Below, one piece after another: positions 1 to 10,275 of a stretch of 64,000 nt of DNA. Source of the DNA: Bacilli bacterium (lineage in GTDB: Bacteria; Bacillota_I; Bacilli_A; RFN20; CAG-826); contig DAOKYO010000001.1 in NCBI GenBank assembly GCA_035326105.1, positions 395,805 through 459,804 of the forward strand. The letters are read 5' to 3'. The notes under the pieces are model-generated. The model was not told the DNA's origin. It made no database searches and was given only the letters and a program-made list of their open reading frames with translations. How positions within the stretch are numbered: the first letter of the stretch is position 1; every line of letters starts with the position of its first letter. Position numbers and translations under genes: made by a program.

Positions 1-1572
1 CGTTATCAAGAAGACGAAGTTGTCGTTACGGTTACTCCGGCGACGGCGGAATCCTTCGATGTCAGTGGCTACAATGATCCGAGTATTATGAGTGAATATG
101 GTATTTTTAAAGAAAACTTTGAAAAAGGACGTAAATCGCCGTTAGCGGCCATGAACGATTCCAACAATGCCACATATATTACCGGCACAAGCGAGGCCAT
201 CGCGGGAAATTCGTTGGTAATTGATATGAATAAGACGGCCGGAAGCGCGGCTAATTCAGTTTTCTTAAGTGCTTTTAATGACTACTTCAAACGGTCAGAG
301 CAAGCCACATATAAGGTATCTTTCAGTTATAAAGTATTGACTCCATCCCAAAATTTTGGTGATGTTTACTTTGGATTATCTTGGGATGGTTCTAATGGTA
401 TGAATAGTCAGTTTGTAACTTCGGGAGCCGTTCAAAACCAAGTTTACAGCTACGCGGTTTCTTTCCCGGGAACAGAGATTCCGGCGACGGGAAATGCCTA
501 TTTCTTCTTCTTTAAACTATCGGGAGATACGAGTGACATAAAAATTGCGGTCGATAATTTCACGATTGAAACAATTCAATTAGCTCAAGTTACGCCGGTA
601 GAACCGTTGGCGGAGGATTTAACTGCGGGATTTACCTGGGACTTTGAAACAAATGGTGCAACCGCGAGTAGCGGTGAAACAGTCATTATCAATAATTTAG
701 AGAATGAAACCGCAAGAACAACAATGAGCGGAAGCGAATACTTCTCTAGTAATGCGCTGAAATTGGTTAACGCCGACAGTCATTTGTTCAGTGGACTGAC
801 GAAGAATAATATGATTGAAGGCAAAAAATTAACGATTGAGATTGTTTATTACGCAGTTAGTGATGGCGGATTTAATTTAATTATGATGGGCGATTCCGGG
901 AATCCAACTTTAGCCGTTACCAAAAACGACTTAGGTTCGGGAATCTATAGAGTTACTTATACGGGTGTCATTATGAGCGGTTGGCGTCAACTAAATATTT
1001 ATGGCGCCGGAAATGCTAATTTTGAAATATATCTCGGTAAGTTGACCGCCACCTTAAGTGAACCTGATCCCGTCATCGAAGATCAAACGCCAAATGGTTA
1101 TGTGGTCGGTGACAATTGGACAGTTTCCTCTCGTCAATGGGGAAATCAGGATAAAACCACGATTAAAACCGAAGCTTTTGATAACAATGCCGAGGCTATT
1201 GCCGATGAAAGAATGGGTACGGCACCCACAAAATTTACCTTCAGCGGCGGCAACTCCACCATGGAGTGGTTTCAAGCTGGTGGCAAGATAGAAAATGGTC
1301 AAGATTATGAAATTAAATTGACCTACTTTGTAGAGTCTTGGACTCCAGTTGGTGAAGGGGCCCGTTTAATGTACAACATGGACAATAATGCTTTTATAGA
1401 AGTTGGCAATAATGGCTCGAGCGCATATATGAGCGCTGGTTTCCATGAGGAAACTATCAGTTGGACGGCGACAAGAACGGCAGATTTCTTTTCGTTCTAT
1501 GCCCCGGAAGATGTTAATGGCGTGGTCTATATTGCTAATGTCAATGTTAAATTAGTCGGTATTAATAACTAG
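1..1572 (+). CDS. 5'-truncated large secreted/surface protein; C-terminal part with CBM4/9/22-like beta-sandwich repeats (putative glycan binding)
   Basis: Reading frame of ORF 88..1572 stays open back to nt 1 with no stop, so the gene begins upstream of the window. Repeated ~150-aa units resemble the CBM-like repeats of the lipoprotein at 60782..62791. Confidence 0.5.
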   Translation, partial: RYQEDEVVVTVTPATAESFDVSGYNDPSIMSEYGIFKENFEKGRKSPLAAMNDSNNATYITGTSEAIAGNSLVIDMNKTAGSAANSVFLSAFNDYFKRSEQATYKVSFSYKVLTPSQNFGDVYFGLSWDGSNGMNSQFVTSGAVQNQVYSYAVSFPGTEIPATGNAYFFFFKLSGDTSDIKIAVDNFTIETIQLAQVTPVEPLAEDLTAGFTWDFETNGATASSGETVIINNLENETARTTMSGSEYFSSNALKLVNADSHLFSGLTKNNMIEGKKLTIEIVYYAVSDGGFNLIMMGDSGNPTLAVTKNDLGSGIYRVTYTGVIMSGWRQLNIYGAGNANFEIYLGKLTATLSEPDPVIEDQTPNGYVVGDNWTVSSRQWGNQDKTTIKTEAFDNNAEAIADERMGTAPTKFTFSGGNSTMEWFQAGGKIENGQDYEIKLTYFVESWTPVGEGARLMYNMDNNAFIEVGNNGSSAYMSAGFHEETISWTATRTADFFSFYAPEDVNGVVYIANVNVKLVGINN

Positions 1573-1645
1573 TATTGAAAGAAGTGTAGAGACAGTGGGC
1601 CTAGCTAAAACCTAGTTAGGCCCCTAATTTAAATAGGGAACATTT

Positions 1646-3148
1646 ATGAACATCATAGCAGGTGATTTGTTACGTCGAATAGATTTAAATCGAAAACGTC
1701 TTAGCGACGATATCTACCAAAGTCCCGAGGTGTTTTTACAAGGGGAAAATTGGCCGGGAGATTTTCAAGGCCGCGATATTTTGGCCCTTTGTTCGCTTTA
1801 CAAAGTGTATGCGAATGATTATCAAAAAAAGATTGGCATCAGTATACAATTGGCAAAGATTTTTGATGGTATTAATCAGCATTTAAACGCGTATGGTTAT
1901 TTTGGGTCACTTTTTGACTGCACGTCAATTGATGAACAGCAAGTGGCGGGAAACTCTTGGTATATTCGTGGATTAATTGAATACTATAAGTTGAATCAAA
2001 ACCCCAAATACCTGCATCAAATAGAAATTATTAGAGACCGATTTCTTTTAGCTATCGCCCCTTATTATCAGAACTATCCTGTTTTTGCTCGGCGTGAGGT
2101 AGGAGGAGTGGGTGGGCATATTACCGAACAGGTTATCAACGGATGGAAAGTGTCAAGCGATGTCGGTTGTGCGTTTATTATGCTCGATGGAATGAGCGCC
2201 GTTTATGAAATTTTACCCAGCTTAGAATTAAAAAAAGCGATTGAAGACATTATTGACCGATTTTTGGGTTTAGATTGTGTGCAATTGGAATGTCAAACAC
2301 ACGCTACATTATCTTGTGCCCGCGGCATTTTTCGTTTTTATCTAGTGAGTAAAAATCAAAAGTATTTAGACTCCGTCATTCAAATATTTAATAAATATAT
2401 CAATTATGGTCTTACCTATGACTATGCGAACATCAATTGGTTTAAGCATATGGACAGTTGGACGGAACCCTGCTGCATTATTGATAGTCTGATATTGGCT
2501 AAGAATCTTTTTATAACTACCGGCGACAAATTTTACTTACATTTTTATAATCGCGTCTACGTTAATTCTTTGCGCACATTTCAACGCGATAATGGGGGGG
2601 CCGGTTGCTCGACGTGTGCCATTGATCATCATTATGAGATTAAAAGCCACCTATATGAGGCATTTTTCTGTTGCACAATGCGTTTGGCCGAAGGATTCTA
2701 TGAGATAGCATCTTTTGCTGGATTTGAAAAGAATGACGACCTGTATATTCCTTTTGGATTGGACTTTACCTATCATAAAAACGAAACTGAAATTGATTTT
2801 ATAAATGATTTTTATGCCCATAAGGTCATCCTTATTCAAGGACGAAATCTGAAGACAAGAAAAAATGTTCTTATCTATCTACCACGGGGGATAAAAGCTC
2901 GCGGATTTGAAAAGGATCAAGCGGGTTTTATAAAATTATCAATGTCAAATAATGATAAAATTAGTGTTGAATTAGACTATGAGGTTCGTATAGAAGATAA
3001 TATTTTGCTTTATGGTGATATGCTTTTAACCAAGAAGGATGATGGTGAGCCGTTCTATCAATATCAAGGCGAAAACTATTCACCGCTTTATGATAATTCT
3101 CAATTCAGTGAAGAGGAGTTAAAAGGCAAAGTCCAATATGTCAGATAG
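1646..3148 (+). CDS. Putative glycoside hydrolase, Cys-rich, DUF1680/GH127-like (family assignment tentative)
   Basis: 500-aa ORF; Cys clusters (EPCC, CSTC, FFCC) reminiscent of Zn/Cys-glycosidase GH127; lies next to a GH78-like gene; plausible RBS. Confidence 0.45.
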   Translation: MNIIAGDLLRRIDLNRKRLSDDIYQSPEVFLQGENWPGDFQGRDILALCSLYKVYANDYQKKIGISIQLAKIFDGINQHLNAYGYFGSLFDCTSIDEQQVAGNSWYIRGLIEYYKLNQNPKYLHQIEIIRDRFLLAIAPYYQNYPVFARREVGGVGGHITEQVINGWKVSSDVGCAFIMLDGMSAVYEILPSLELKKAIEDIIDRFLGLDCVQLECQTHATLSCARGIFRFYLVSKNQKYLDSVIQIFNKYINYGLTYDYANINWFKHMDSWTEPCCIIDSLILAKNLFITTGDKFYLHFYNRVYVNSLRTFQRDNGGAGCSTCAIDHHYEIKSHLYEAFFCCTMRLAEGFYEIASFAGFEKNDDLYIPFGLDFTYHKNETEIDFINDFYAHKVILIQGRNLKTRKNVLIYLPRGIKARGFEKDQAGFIKLSMSNNDKISVELDYEVRIEDNILLYGDMLLTKKDDGEPFYQYQGENYSPLYDNSQFSEEELKGKVQYVR

Positions 3149-5399
3149 ATTCATTAAAGCACTTCCGATATATCCTAAAAAGTACATTCACGAAATGAAT
3201 ATGACTTTTTTCTTTGTAAGCGAGATCGAGACTTCGGGTGCCGGTATTTTAAGAGTAACAGGCAATAGTATCTATCGCGTGTTTGATAACGGAAAAATGA
3301 TTGGCTATGGTCCGGCAAGAGCCGCTCACGAGTATTATCGAATCGATGAATTTGCGCTTTCTTTAACTTCCCATCACCGAATTGTTATTGAACTGGTTGG
3401 GTATAATTGCAATTCCTATTATTGCTTAAATACCGAGCCTTTTTTGCAGGCAGAGGCTGAAGAAAATGGCCATATTATTACCTATACAGGCGACAGTAAA
3501 TTTGAATGTTTTCGTAATTTATCCCGCATTCAGAAGGTTGTGCGATTTTCTTTTCAGAGAACGTTTTCTGAATCATATAACTTTATCGAAAATCCGGATT
3601 TGTTTTTGCTTAAAAAGACAGAAGATTACCCCCCGGTGGCCTTCGATATTTTAACTAACAAAAAGTACTTACCGCGAAATGTCGCTTTTCCTATCTTTAG
3701 TGATGAATGTTTTGTATTAAAAGAAGTCGGTCGTTTTATCATTGATAAGACCAAACGGAAATATCATGATCGTTACATGGATTTGGATTTTCTAAAAATA
3801 TTTCCTCCTAATCAGTGGGAAGTCAATCCCAACGATTTCATATCCTCTTTACGCTTTAAAAAAGCAGAAATTGAAACCTTAAAAGCGGGAACTTTTTGTA
3901 CCTATCAGCTAGAAAATTCCAAGACAGGCTTTCTTGATTTTGAACTTGATTGTCGACAAGAATGCGATATTTACTTTGTTTTTGATGAAATTGATCAAGA
4001 TTCGGATGGGAATTTAATCGATATATCTTTTTTTAGAAACACAACCCATAACATCGTCTCATACCATATGCAATCCGGGCATTATCATCATATGACTATG
4101 GAACCTTATACAATGAAGTACTTGCGATTGATTGTTGGAAAAGGAGAAGTAAGTGTTTCAAGCATTAATTTAGTTAAATATGAGAACACTTCAATAAAGG
4201 CCAAATTATCATTTAGCGATGAGAAAATAGCGACTATTAGCAAAGCGGCAACGGCGACTTTTGCTCAAAATGCGGTCGATATTTTAATGGATTGCCCGTC
4301 CCGTGAACGAGCTGGCTGGCTTTTTGATTCATTCTTCACTTCGATGGCGGAAAATATATTAACCGGCAATAATCAAGTCGAGCGAAACTTTCTGGAAAAT
4401 TATGCGCTTCTTAAGCAATATCCTTCCCTGCCTCAAGGTATGATACCCATGTGCTACCCGGGAGAATTTCCAGATGGGGTTTTTATTCCCAATTGGTCTT
4501 TGTTTTATATTTTGGAGTTAGCCAAGTATCTTCAATATACGGGGGATGAAAAACTGGTTAAAGCATCATTAGATAACGTTGAACATTTACTGGAGTATTT
4601 TCAAAGGCTTGAAAATGAATTAGGCCTTTTAGAAAATCTGCAAGGATGGATATTTGTTGAGTGGTCCAAGGCTAATGATGATGATTTTGTCTCTGGGGTT
4701 AACTTTCCGTCAAATATGCTTTATGCCTCCGCGCTGGAAGCGGCCTCAATTCTACTAAAGCGTCCTTCGCTATCAATCAAAGCACAAACGATAAAAGAGG
4801 CAATTAATAAATATAGTTTTGATGGGCAGTTTTACCAAGATAATCTTTTGCGGGATAAAACCAATAAACTGGTTAAAACCGGTCACATCAGTGAAACCTG
4901 CCAATACTATGCCTTTTACTTTAAGGTAGCGACCCAAGAAAGTCGCCCGCAATTATTTAAGCTTTTATTGGAAAAATTTGGTCCCAAAAGGGATGATAAA
5001 ACCATTTATCCGCAAGTATATAAATCCAATGTTTTAATTGGTGACTATTTACGTCTTTTTATTCTTCTTGATTATTCCTACCTTTTTCAAGTCGAAGATG
5101 AAACTATCAATTATTTTTATCGAATGGCGGATCTTACCGGAACCATATGGGAACACGATTCGCCGACAGCAAGTTTAAACCACGGACTTACAAGTTGCTT
5201 GTTGAATATTCTCTTAGAAGCATATTTGGGAATCAAAGAAATCAATCACCACGGACATTATTTAGTTATGCGCTCAAAAGCCCTTCCTAAAAATGCAGCG
5301 TATGAAATTGACACGTCATACGGACCAATTACAATTTCAAACAATCACGGAAAGATAAGTATTATAAAGCCGGATATATATCAGATAATCTATGAGTAG
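3138..5399 (+). CDS. GH78 family alpha-L-rhamnosidase-like glycoside hydrolase
   Basis: 753-aa ORF containing DCPSRERAGWLFDSFF, matching the DCPxRERxGWxGD signature of the bacterial alpha-L-rhamnosidase (alpha/alpha)6 domain; N-terminal beta-sandwich region. Confidence 0.6.
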   Translation: MSDRFIKALPIYPKKYIHEMNMTFFFVSEIETSGAGILRVTGNSIYRVFDNGKMIGYGPARAAHEYYRIDEFALSLTSHHRIVIELVGYNCNSYYCLNTEPFLQAEAEENGHIITYTGDSKFECFRNLSRIQKVVRFSFQRTFSESYNFIENPDLFLLKKTEDYPPVAFDILTNKKYLPRNVAFPIFSDECFVLKEVGRFIIDKTKRKYHDRYMDLDFLKIFPPNQWEVNPNDFISSLRFKKAEIETLKAGTFCTYQLENSKTGFLDFELDCRQECDIYFVFDEIDQDSDGNLIDISFFRNTTHNIVSYHMQSGHYHHMTMEPYTMKYLRLIVGKGEVSVSSINLVKYENTSIKAKLSFSDEKIATISKAATATFAQNAVDILMDCPSRERAGWLFDSFFTSMAENILTGNNQVERNFLENYALLKQYPSLPQGMIPMCYPGEFPDGVFIPNWSLFYILELAKYLQYTGDEKLVKASLDNVEHLLEYFQRLENELGLLENLQGWIFVEWSKANDDDFVSGVNFPSNMLYASALEAASILLKRPSLSIKAQTIKEAINKYSFDGQFYQDNLLRDKTNKLVKTGHISETCQYYAFYFKVATQESRPQLFKLLLEKFGPKRDDKTIYPQVYKSNVLIGDYLRLFILLDYSYLFQVEDETINYFYRMADLTGTIWEHDSPTASLNHGLTSCLLNILLEAYLGIKEINHHGHYLVMRSKALPKNAAYEIDTSYGPITISNNHGKISIIKPDIYQIIYE

Positions 5400-5579
5400 A
5401 TGTTTTTAAGATAAAAAAGACGATTTTTTGAAGTATTCCTAAAAACTTTTTTTGACGATTTATAAAAATAAAACTTATTTCGATGAGAACTGGATTTTTA
5501 AGTAATCAGCACCCATTAATTTCGACAAGGGCAAAAAGAAAGCGCTTTTCTTTTCCATTACTTAATTTTTAGTTAAGTG

Positions 5580-5607
5580 TTGACAACGCTTACATTGGTG
5601 TTAATAT
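5580..5607 (+). promoter_or_regulatory. Sigma70-type promoter TTGACA-16nt-TAATAT upstream of the GntR gene and operon
   Basis: TTGACA at 5580-5585, TAATAT at 5602-5607, 16-nt spacer. Confidence 0.5.
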
Positions 5608-5611
5608 TTAT

Positions 5612-5631
5612 GTGGTTATGATGTTATAACC
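5612..5631 (+). promoter_or_regulatory. Inverted repeat TGGTTAT-N6-ATAACCA, candidate GntR/HutC operator
   Basis: Perfect 7-bp inverted arms immediately downstream of the -10 box and upstream of the GntR start codon. Confidence 0.4.
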
Positions 5632-5650
5632 AGTTAAACGGAGAGCACTT

Positions 5651-6382
5651 ATGGAAGATTTTTTAGCCCCTAAGTATTACTTATTAAAAAAGGAAATTGT
5701 TCATCAAATTGACAACGAAGTTTTTAAAGACGGCGAATTAATTCCCAGCGAGCGCGAATTGGTCCAAAAGTATGGTGTCTCGCGTATTACCGTTCGTCGG
5801 GCCATCGATGAATTGGTCAGTGAAGGTTACCTATATCGCGTTCAAGGCAAGGGTACCTTTGTTAAAAGTAATTTACTTGAGCAAAACATAATAACCCTTA
5901 ATAGCATTACGCAAGACATTATTGCGATGAATAAGAAACCGCGCCGTATTGTCAATCGTGTGGAAATTGCTCCTTCGTTTCCGAAGCGAACAAAAGAGTT
6001 AGAGATAAATCCTAATGACAAGTTAATCATTATCGATCGTTTGTATTTAGGTGATGATGAACCGGTTACTCGAACAATATCCTATATTCCGTATAAATAT
6101 TTTCCGGGATTAGAAAAGTATGATTTTGTCAAAAATTCCTTATTTGAAGTCCTTGAGAAAGATTATGGAGTAAAGATTACCCGTGGTCTAAGAACAATTG
6201 AAGCAATAAATCCGCCTGAAGGCGTGGCCGAGATGCTTCAAATTAAAAAACAACCAGTGATTCTATTTAGAGGAACAACCTATGCCTTAGTTAATGGCAA
6301 AGAAGTGCCAATTGAATCATTTAAATCTTATTATCGGTCTGACAATCGGCGATTCTCAATTAGCCAAGTAAAAATTGGCTGA
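5651..6382 (+). CDS. GntR family transcriptional regulator, HutC subfamily (HTH plus UTRA effector domain)
   Basis: N-terminal SERELVQKYGVSRITVRRAIDELVSEGYLYRVQGKGTFV is a GntR winged helix; the C-terminal ~150 aa are UTRA-like. Confidence 0.85.
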   Translation: MEDFLAPKYYLLKKEIVHQIDNEVFKDGELIPSERELVQKYGVSRITVRRAIDELVSEGYLYRVQGKGTFVKSNLLEQNIITLNSITQDIIAMNKKPRRIVNRVEIAPSFPKRTKELEINPNDKLIIIDRLYLGDDEPVTRTISYIPYKYFPGLEKYDFVKNSLFEVLEKDYGVKITRGLRTIEAINPPEGVAEMLQIKKQPVILFRGTTYALVNGKEVPIESFKSYYRSDNRRFSISQVKIG

Positions 6383-6417
6383 AACATATACACTGTTTCA
6401 TCACGAAAGGAGAAAGT

Positions 6418-7569
6418 ATGAAAAAAAAGTGGATGTTGTCGATGTCGATGTTGTTGCCGTTGATGCTTGCCGGATGTGGAGGTGGCAATTCATCTACTAA
6501 AGTGGGGTTAATTGTATCCGCGGCGGGAGCCAATGATAACGGGTACAATCAGTCGGCGATTGCGGGTTTGACTAAGGCGGCGAGTGATTTCAATATCTCG
6601 CAAAAAGTTGTTAACAGTGCCGATGACGTGCCGGGTTCATTGGAAGCTTTGGCTGAAGATGGTTATAAACTTATCTTCTCCCTCGAGTACAATTTCGATG
6701 CCTTAATTACCAATGATGGTTCGGGCAAATCAATTGCGGAGAAGTATCCGGATACGACTTTCGTCGTCTTCAATGCTTTCGCTAATACGGATAGCACGGG
6801 AGTTCGGGTTCATGACAACGTAGTTGAAGTGTTGTTTAACATTGCCCAGTCATCATTCTTAGCCGGAGCACTGGCGGTTATGGTCAATGAGGCGAACGAT
6901 GTCTTATTTACCTCGGATGATTACCATTTTACCCCAGTAAATCAATATCGGGGTGTAGGTTTCATCGGCGGAACGCAATCAGATGGAATTACCGTCTTCG
7001 GCAATGGATTTGCCCAAGGCGCCAACTACGCCGCCCAAGACGCCGATGTGAATTACAATCTATATCAAACATATAGTGCCGGATTTGGGGCTTCAACGGA
7101 AAACTACAATACTATTGCCTCCTATTATGACGCCGGTGTCAATGTCGTGTTTGCGGCGGCAGGTGGCGTTTCAACAAATATGAAAAATGCCGCTAGTAAT
7201 AAGGGAAAACTTTCAATTGATGTTGATGCCAATCAAGACGCCTCCGTTCCTGGATATGTTTTAACCAGCGTGCTTAAAAACACCGAAGTAGCAGTCTATG
7301 ACTTAGTCGGAAAATTCTTGGACAATAAACTCACCGAGAAAGATTATTACTATGATCTTGACAGCGGAGCGACCGGGATTACCGATTTAGCCACGATTTC
7401 CAGTTATATTGATACGTCAGAAACGGCACAAGCCAAATGGACGGAGATTAAAGACAAAATTGAAGATATTAAAGATGATATCGCCGACGGAACGATTACG
7501 GTTGTCGATTCTCAAAAAGGTGAGACATTGGATTTTTCAACTTTGCATAATATTACGAAAGCCAACTAG
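6418..7569 (+). CDS. BMP family (PnrA/Med-like) ABC transporter substrate-binding lipoprotein, nucleoside-binding type
   Basis: Signal peptide plus lipobox LMLAGCGG; ~380 aa; followed by a tandem-ATPase ABC subunit and two permeases, the typical bmpA-nupABC layout; RBS AAGGAG. Confidence 0.8.
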   Translation: MKKKWMLSMSMLLPLMLAGCGGGNSSTKVGLIVSAAGANDNGYNQSAIAGLTKAASDFNISQKVVNSADDVPGSLEALAEDGYKLIFSLEYNFDALITNDGSGKSIAEKYPDTTFVVFNAFANTDSTGVRVHDNVVEVLFNIAQSSFLAGALAVMVNEANDVLFTSDDYHFTPVNQYRGVGFIGGTQSDGITVFGNGFAQGANYAAQDADVNYNLYQTYSAGFGASTENYNTIASYYDAGVNVVFAAAGGVSTNMKNAASNKGKLSIDVDANQDASVPGYVLTSVLKNTEVAVYDLVGKFLDNKLTEKDYYYDLDSGATGITDLATISSYIDTSETAQAKWTEIKDKIEDIKDDIADGTITVVDSQKGETLDFSTLHNITKAN

Positions 7570-7600
7570 TCGTTAAAATTTTTAAGGAAGTTATATTAAC

Positions 7601-9190
7601 ATGGATATCATCAAGACGATAAATTTAACCAAAGAATTCGGTCCCCTCGTAGCTAACGATCACATTAATCTCACCGTTAAGGATAATGAGGTTAAGGCAA
7701 TTGTCGGTGAAAATGGGGCCGGAAAATCCACGTTAATGAACATGCTTTATGGTTTGATTAAGCCGACGAGCGGAGAGATTTATGTCGAAAACGAACTAGT
7801 CACTCTCCGCTCGCCAAATGATGCCATTAGTCGCGGAATCGGGATGGTGCACCAACATTTTAAGTTGGTGCCCAGCCTGACCGTTTTTGAAAATATTCTT
7901 TTAGGAGTCGAAATTAATAAAGAAGTGACAGTTGGTAAAAAGAGAATTCGATTACCGGGTATTAATCGTCACAAGGAACTTGAAGTTGTAAAAAATCTCA
8001 TCGATAAGTATGAGTTAAATATAAATCCGGATGAAGAGGTCAAGAAACTTTCCATCGGAGCCAAACAAAAAGTCGAAATTTTAAAGATGCTTTATCGGCA
8101 AGTTAAAATTCTAATTTTTGATGAACCAACGGCGGTTTTAACTCCGCAGGAAATACTTGTTTTTTACACGATGCTCAGAAACTTAAAAGCCAAAGGGACC
8201 ACAATTATCTTGATTACCCATAAGTTGCAGGAAGTAATCGACATTTCCGATTCAGTCACAGTGATTAAAAAAGGAAAAGTGGTTGCAAATTTAGCCACTA
8301 AAGATACGACGAAAAAACAATTAGCTCAACTGATGGTGGGGCGCGATGTCCTTTTAAACGTCAGCAAGACCTATGCGGATTATCAAAAGCAAGAATCGGT
8401 TTATCGATTGGAACATGTATCGACAATTAATCGCAGCGGAGTGGAAGTGGTATCCGATGTTAGCCTAAATCTCCATCGGGGCGAAATTGTCGGCATAGCC
8501 GGGGTTGAAGGAAATGGACAGAGTGAACTCTTGGATCTAATGAGTGGACTTTTGCAATCAACCCAAGGAAAAATCTTTCTTCATAATCAAGATATTACCA
8601 ACGTCCTGCCGGAAAAATTAAGAAAAAAACACATGGCCTTTATTCCCGAAGATCGTTACGAACAGGGTTTATGCCGTGATATGACGATCTGTGACAACAT
8701 GATTGCCGGCTATCACGATAGCGATGATATTTGCCATATGGGTTTTATCTCGGCAAAAAAGAAAATGGATAAAGCCGAACATTTAGCTTCAAAATATGAC
8801 ATTCGCCTTAATTCATTAAAAGACAATATTTCTTCTCTTTCCGGCGGTAATGCGCAAAAAGTAATTATTGCGCGAGAATTTGCTTCCGATCCGGATATTT
8901 TGATTGCCGCTCAACCGACAAGAGGCGTGGATATCGGAGCGATTGAGTACATTCATAAGAGTCTGCTTGATCTACAAAATCACGGGAAATCAATCCTTTT
9001 GGTTTCAAGCGAACTATCGGAAATAATGTCATTGAGCGATCGGATATTAGTCATGTACAAAGGACGAATTATCGGCCAGTTGGATGCAAAGAATGCCTCC
9101 CGAGAAGAAGTTGGGTATTTGATGATGGGAATTATTGATAGTAAAGAAGGAGGTAGCGAGCATGAAGGTCAAAATGTTATCGATGAGTAA
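7601..9190 (+). CDS. ABC transporter ATP-binding protein with two tandem ATPase cassettes (nucleoside/sugar type)
   Basis: Two Walker A motifs (GENGAGKST and GVEGNGQSE), two LSxGxxQK signatures, and FDEPT and IAAQPT Walker B regions; 529 aa. Confidence 0.85.
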   Translation: MDIIKTINLTKEFGPLVANDHINLTVKDNEVKAIVGENGAGKSTLMNMLYGLIKPTSGEIYVENELVTLRSPNDAISRGIGMVHQHFKLVPSLTVFENILLGVEINKEVTVGKKRIRLPGINRHKELEVVKNLIDKYELNINPDEEVKKLSIGAKQKVEILKMLYRQVKILIFDEPTAVLTPQEILVFYTMLRNLKAKGTTIILITHKLQEVIDISDSVTVIKKGKVVANLATKDTTKKQLAQLMVGRDVLLNVSKTYADYQKQESVYRLEHVSTINRSGVEVVSDVSLNLHRGEIVGIAGVEGNGQSELLDLMSGLLQSTQGKIFLHNQDITNVLPEKLRKKHMAFIPEDRYEQGLCRDMTICDNMIAGYHDSDDICHMGFISAKKKMDKAEHLASKYDIRLNSLKDNISSLSGGNAQKVIIAREFASDPDILIAAQPTRGVDIGAIEYIHKSLLDLQNHGKSILLVSSELSEIMSLSDRILVMYKGRIIGQLDAKNASREEVGYLMMGIIDSKEGGSEHEGQNVIDE

Positions 9191-10274
9191 AGAGAAATGG
9201 ACTAAGCTCGGATATGGGACTTTAAACGCTATTATCCCGATTATTATCGCTTTCCTTTTAGGAGCAGTGGCCATTTTGTTAGCTCAAGAAAATCCGTTGT
9301 TGGCCTATGGTACCATTTTCTATCGTTCGTTTTTAAAGTGGGACGGATTCTTAAAAACTCTTCACTATGCGGCGCCATTGATTTTATCGGGCTTGGCAAT
9401 TGCCTTTAGTTTTAAGGCCGGTCTATTCAATATGGGAATTGAAGGGCAAATTATATCAGCCGGCTTTGTCGTGGCTATTTTTGGCAACAAGCTGGCTTTT
9501 CTTCCTCCGATAATTCTCATTCCTTTATTGCTTATTATCGGAACCATTACAGGGGTAATAATGGCCATCATTCCCGCCATTTTAAAAGCGAAGTACAACG
9601 TTAATGAAATGGTTGTTACTTTACTCTTAAATTATGCGATTGCATTAATTCTTGAATATCTTACCTCAAATATTTTCCGTGACCCCGGAAGCGGATATGT
9701 TTCCACACCAATGATTGGCAACAATGCAATATTCACCCGTATCGGTGATAGCAAGCTAACTGTTTTCTTCTTTATCGTCCTGGCAGTATTTGTTCTGTTT
9801 TACTTTATTATGAATCACAGCAAGTTGGGATTTGAGATAACTGCCTTAGGAAAAAACAGAAGTTTCGCTGAAGCCACTGGCATGAATATTCAAAAGAAAA
9901 TCATCGTCATTATGCTGACCAGCGGAGCATTGGCGGGTTTGGCGGGGGCGGGCTGGATGATGTCGGAAAAATTCTCCTATACTTTATCTTTTTCCGGAAC
10001 GGCAGGCTTAGGCTGGGAAGGAATGCTTATTGCCCTTTTAGGAAATCATAGCCCGTTGGGGATATTGGTGGCGGCGATATTTTACTCCGTATTAAAAACG
10101 GGTTCTTCCAGCGTAGCCATATTTACAAACGTTCCCTCGGAAATTGTCTTGCTCATTCAAGCTTTGATTGTTTTGATGCTTTCGCTTAAAACCTTTGTCA
10201 AACCGCGCGTAAACACAAAGGAAACCCACTTTAAAAAAGAAAAGGTCAGAGACGAAAGAAAGGCGGAAAAGTAA
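9162..10274 (+). CDS. ABC transporter permease (BMP/nucleoside system, first permease)
   Basis: Multi-TM hydrophobic protein. Start moved to ATG 9162 (MKVKM...), which is preceded by GAAGGAGG; the ORF-track start 9135 overlaps the ATPase gene. Confidence 0.75.
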   Translation: MKVKMLSMSKEKWTKLGYGTLNAIIPIIIAFLLGAVAILLAQENPLLAYGTIFYRSFLKWDGFLKTLHYAAPLILSGLAIAFSFKAGLFNMGIEGQIISAGFVVAIFGNKLAFLPPIILIPLLLIIGTITGVIMAIIPAILKAKYNVNEMVVTLLLNYAIALILEYLTSNIFRDPGSGYVSTPMIGNNAIFTRIGDSKLTVFFFIVLAVFVLFYFIMNHSKLGFEITALGKNRSFAEATGMNIQKKIIVIMLTSGALAGLAGAGWMMSEKFSYTLSFSGTAGLGWEGMLIALLGNHSPLGILVAAIFYSVLKTGSSSVAIFTNVPSEIVLLIQALIVLMLSLKTFVKPRVNTKETHFKKEKVRDERKAEK

Positions 10275-10275
10275 C

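Noticed and set aside
1054-1302. Short ORFs embedded in or antisense to long confident genes, for example 1054..1302-, 1058..1291+, 2651..2839-, 3466..3654+, 5842..6030-, 9365..9598-, 10434..11105 (several), 13876..14070-, 14655..14915+, 15248..16003+, 17107..17373-, 19611..19802+, 20537..21271-, 21811..22478 (several), 24674..26123-, 26612..27079+, 27815..28972 (several), 30198..30690-, 33599..33913-, 34762..34950+, 42046..43359-, 43792..44031-, 44381..44635+, 46331..46894-, 47391..48025-, 50009..50233+, 51997..52260+, 52776..52979-, 54330..54689-, 55186..55374+, 55872..56204-, 56317..58386- (several), 59045..59569-, 59727..60053-, 60730..60954-, 61158..61346+, 63032..63250+
   Set aside because: Each lies wholly inside a longer ORF with clear family motifs and proper RBS/operon context. 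They have low-complexity or odd composition and no start signals. Treated as frame-shadow artefacts.
88-1572. ORF-track start codon at 88 for the first gene
   Set aside because: The frame is open to nucleotide 1, so the gene is 5'-truncated by the window edge. Position 88 is just the first in-window Met.
1646-3148. Firm GH127 (beta-L-arabinofuranosidase) call for the Cys-rich hydrolase
   Set aside because: Only the Cys-cluster spacing and neighbourhood support it. At 500 aa it is shorter than characterised GH127. Kept as tentative DUF1680/GH127-like.
5400-5560. Possible terminator-like GAAAGCGCTTTTC element and gacgattt direct repeats after the GH78 gene
   Set aside because: The stem has essentially no loop or needs a bulge, so there is no convincing hairpin.
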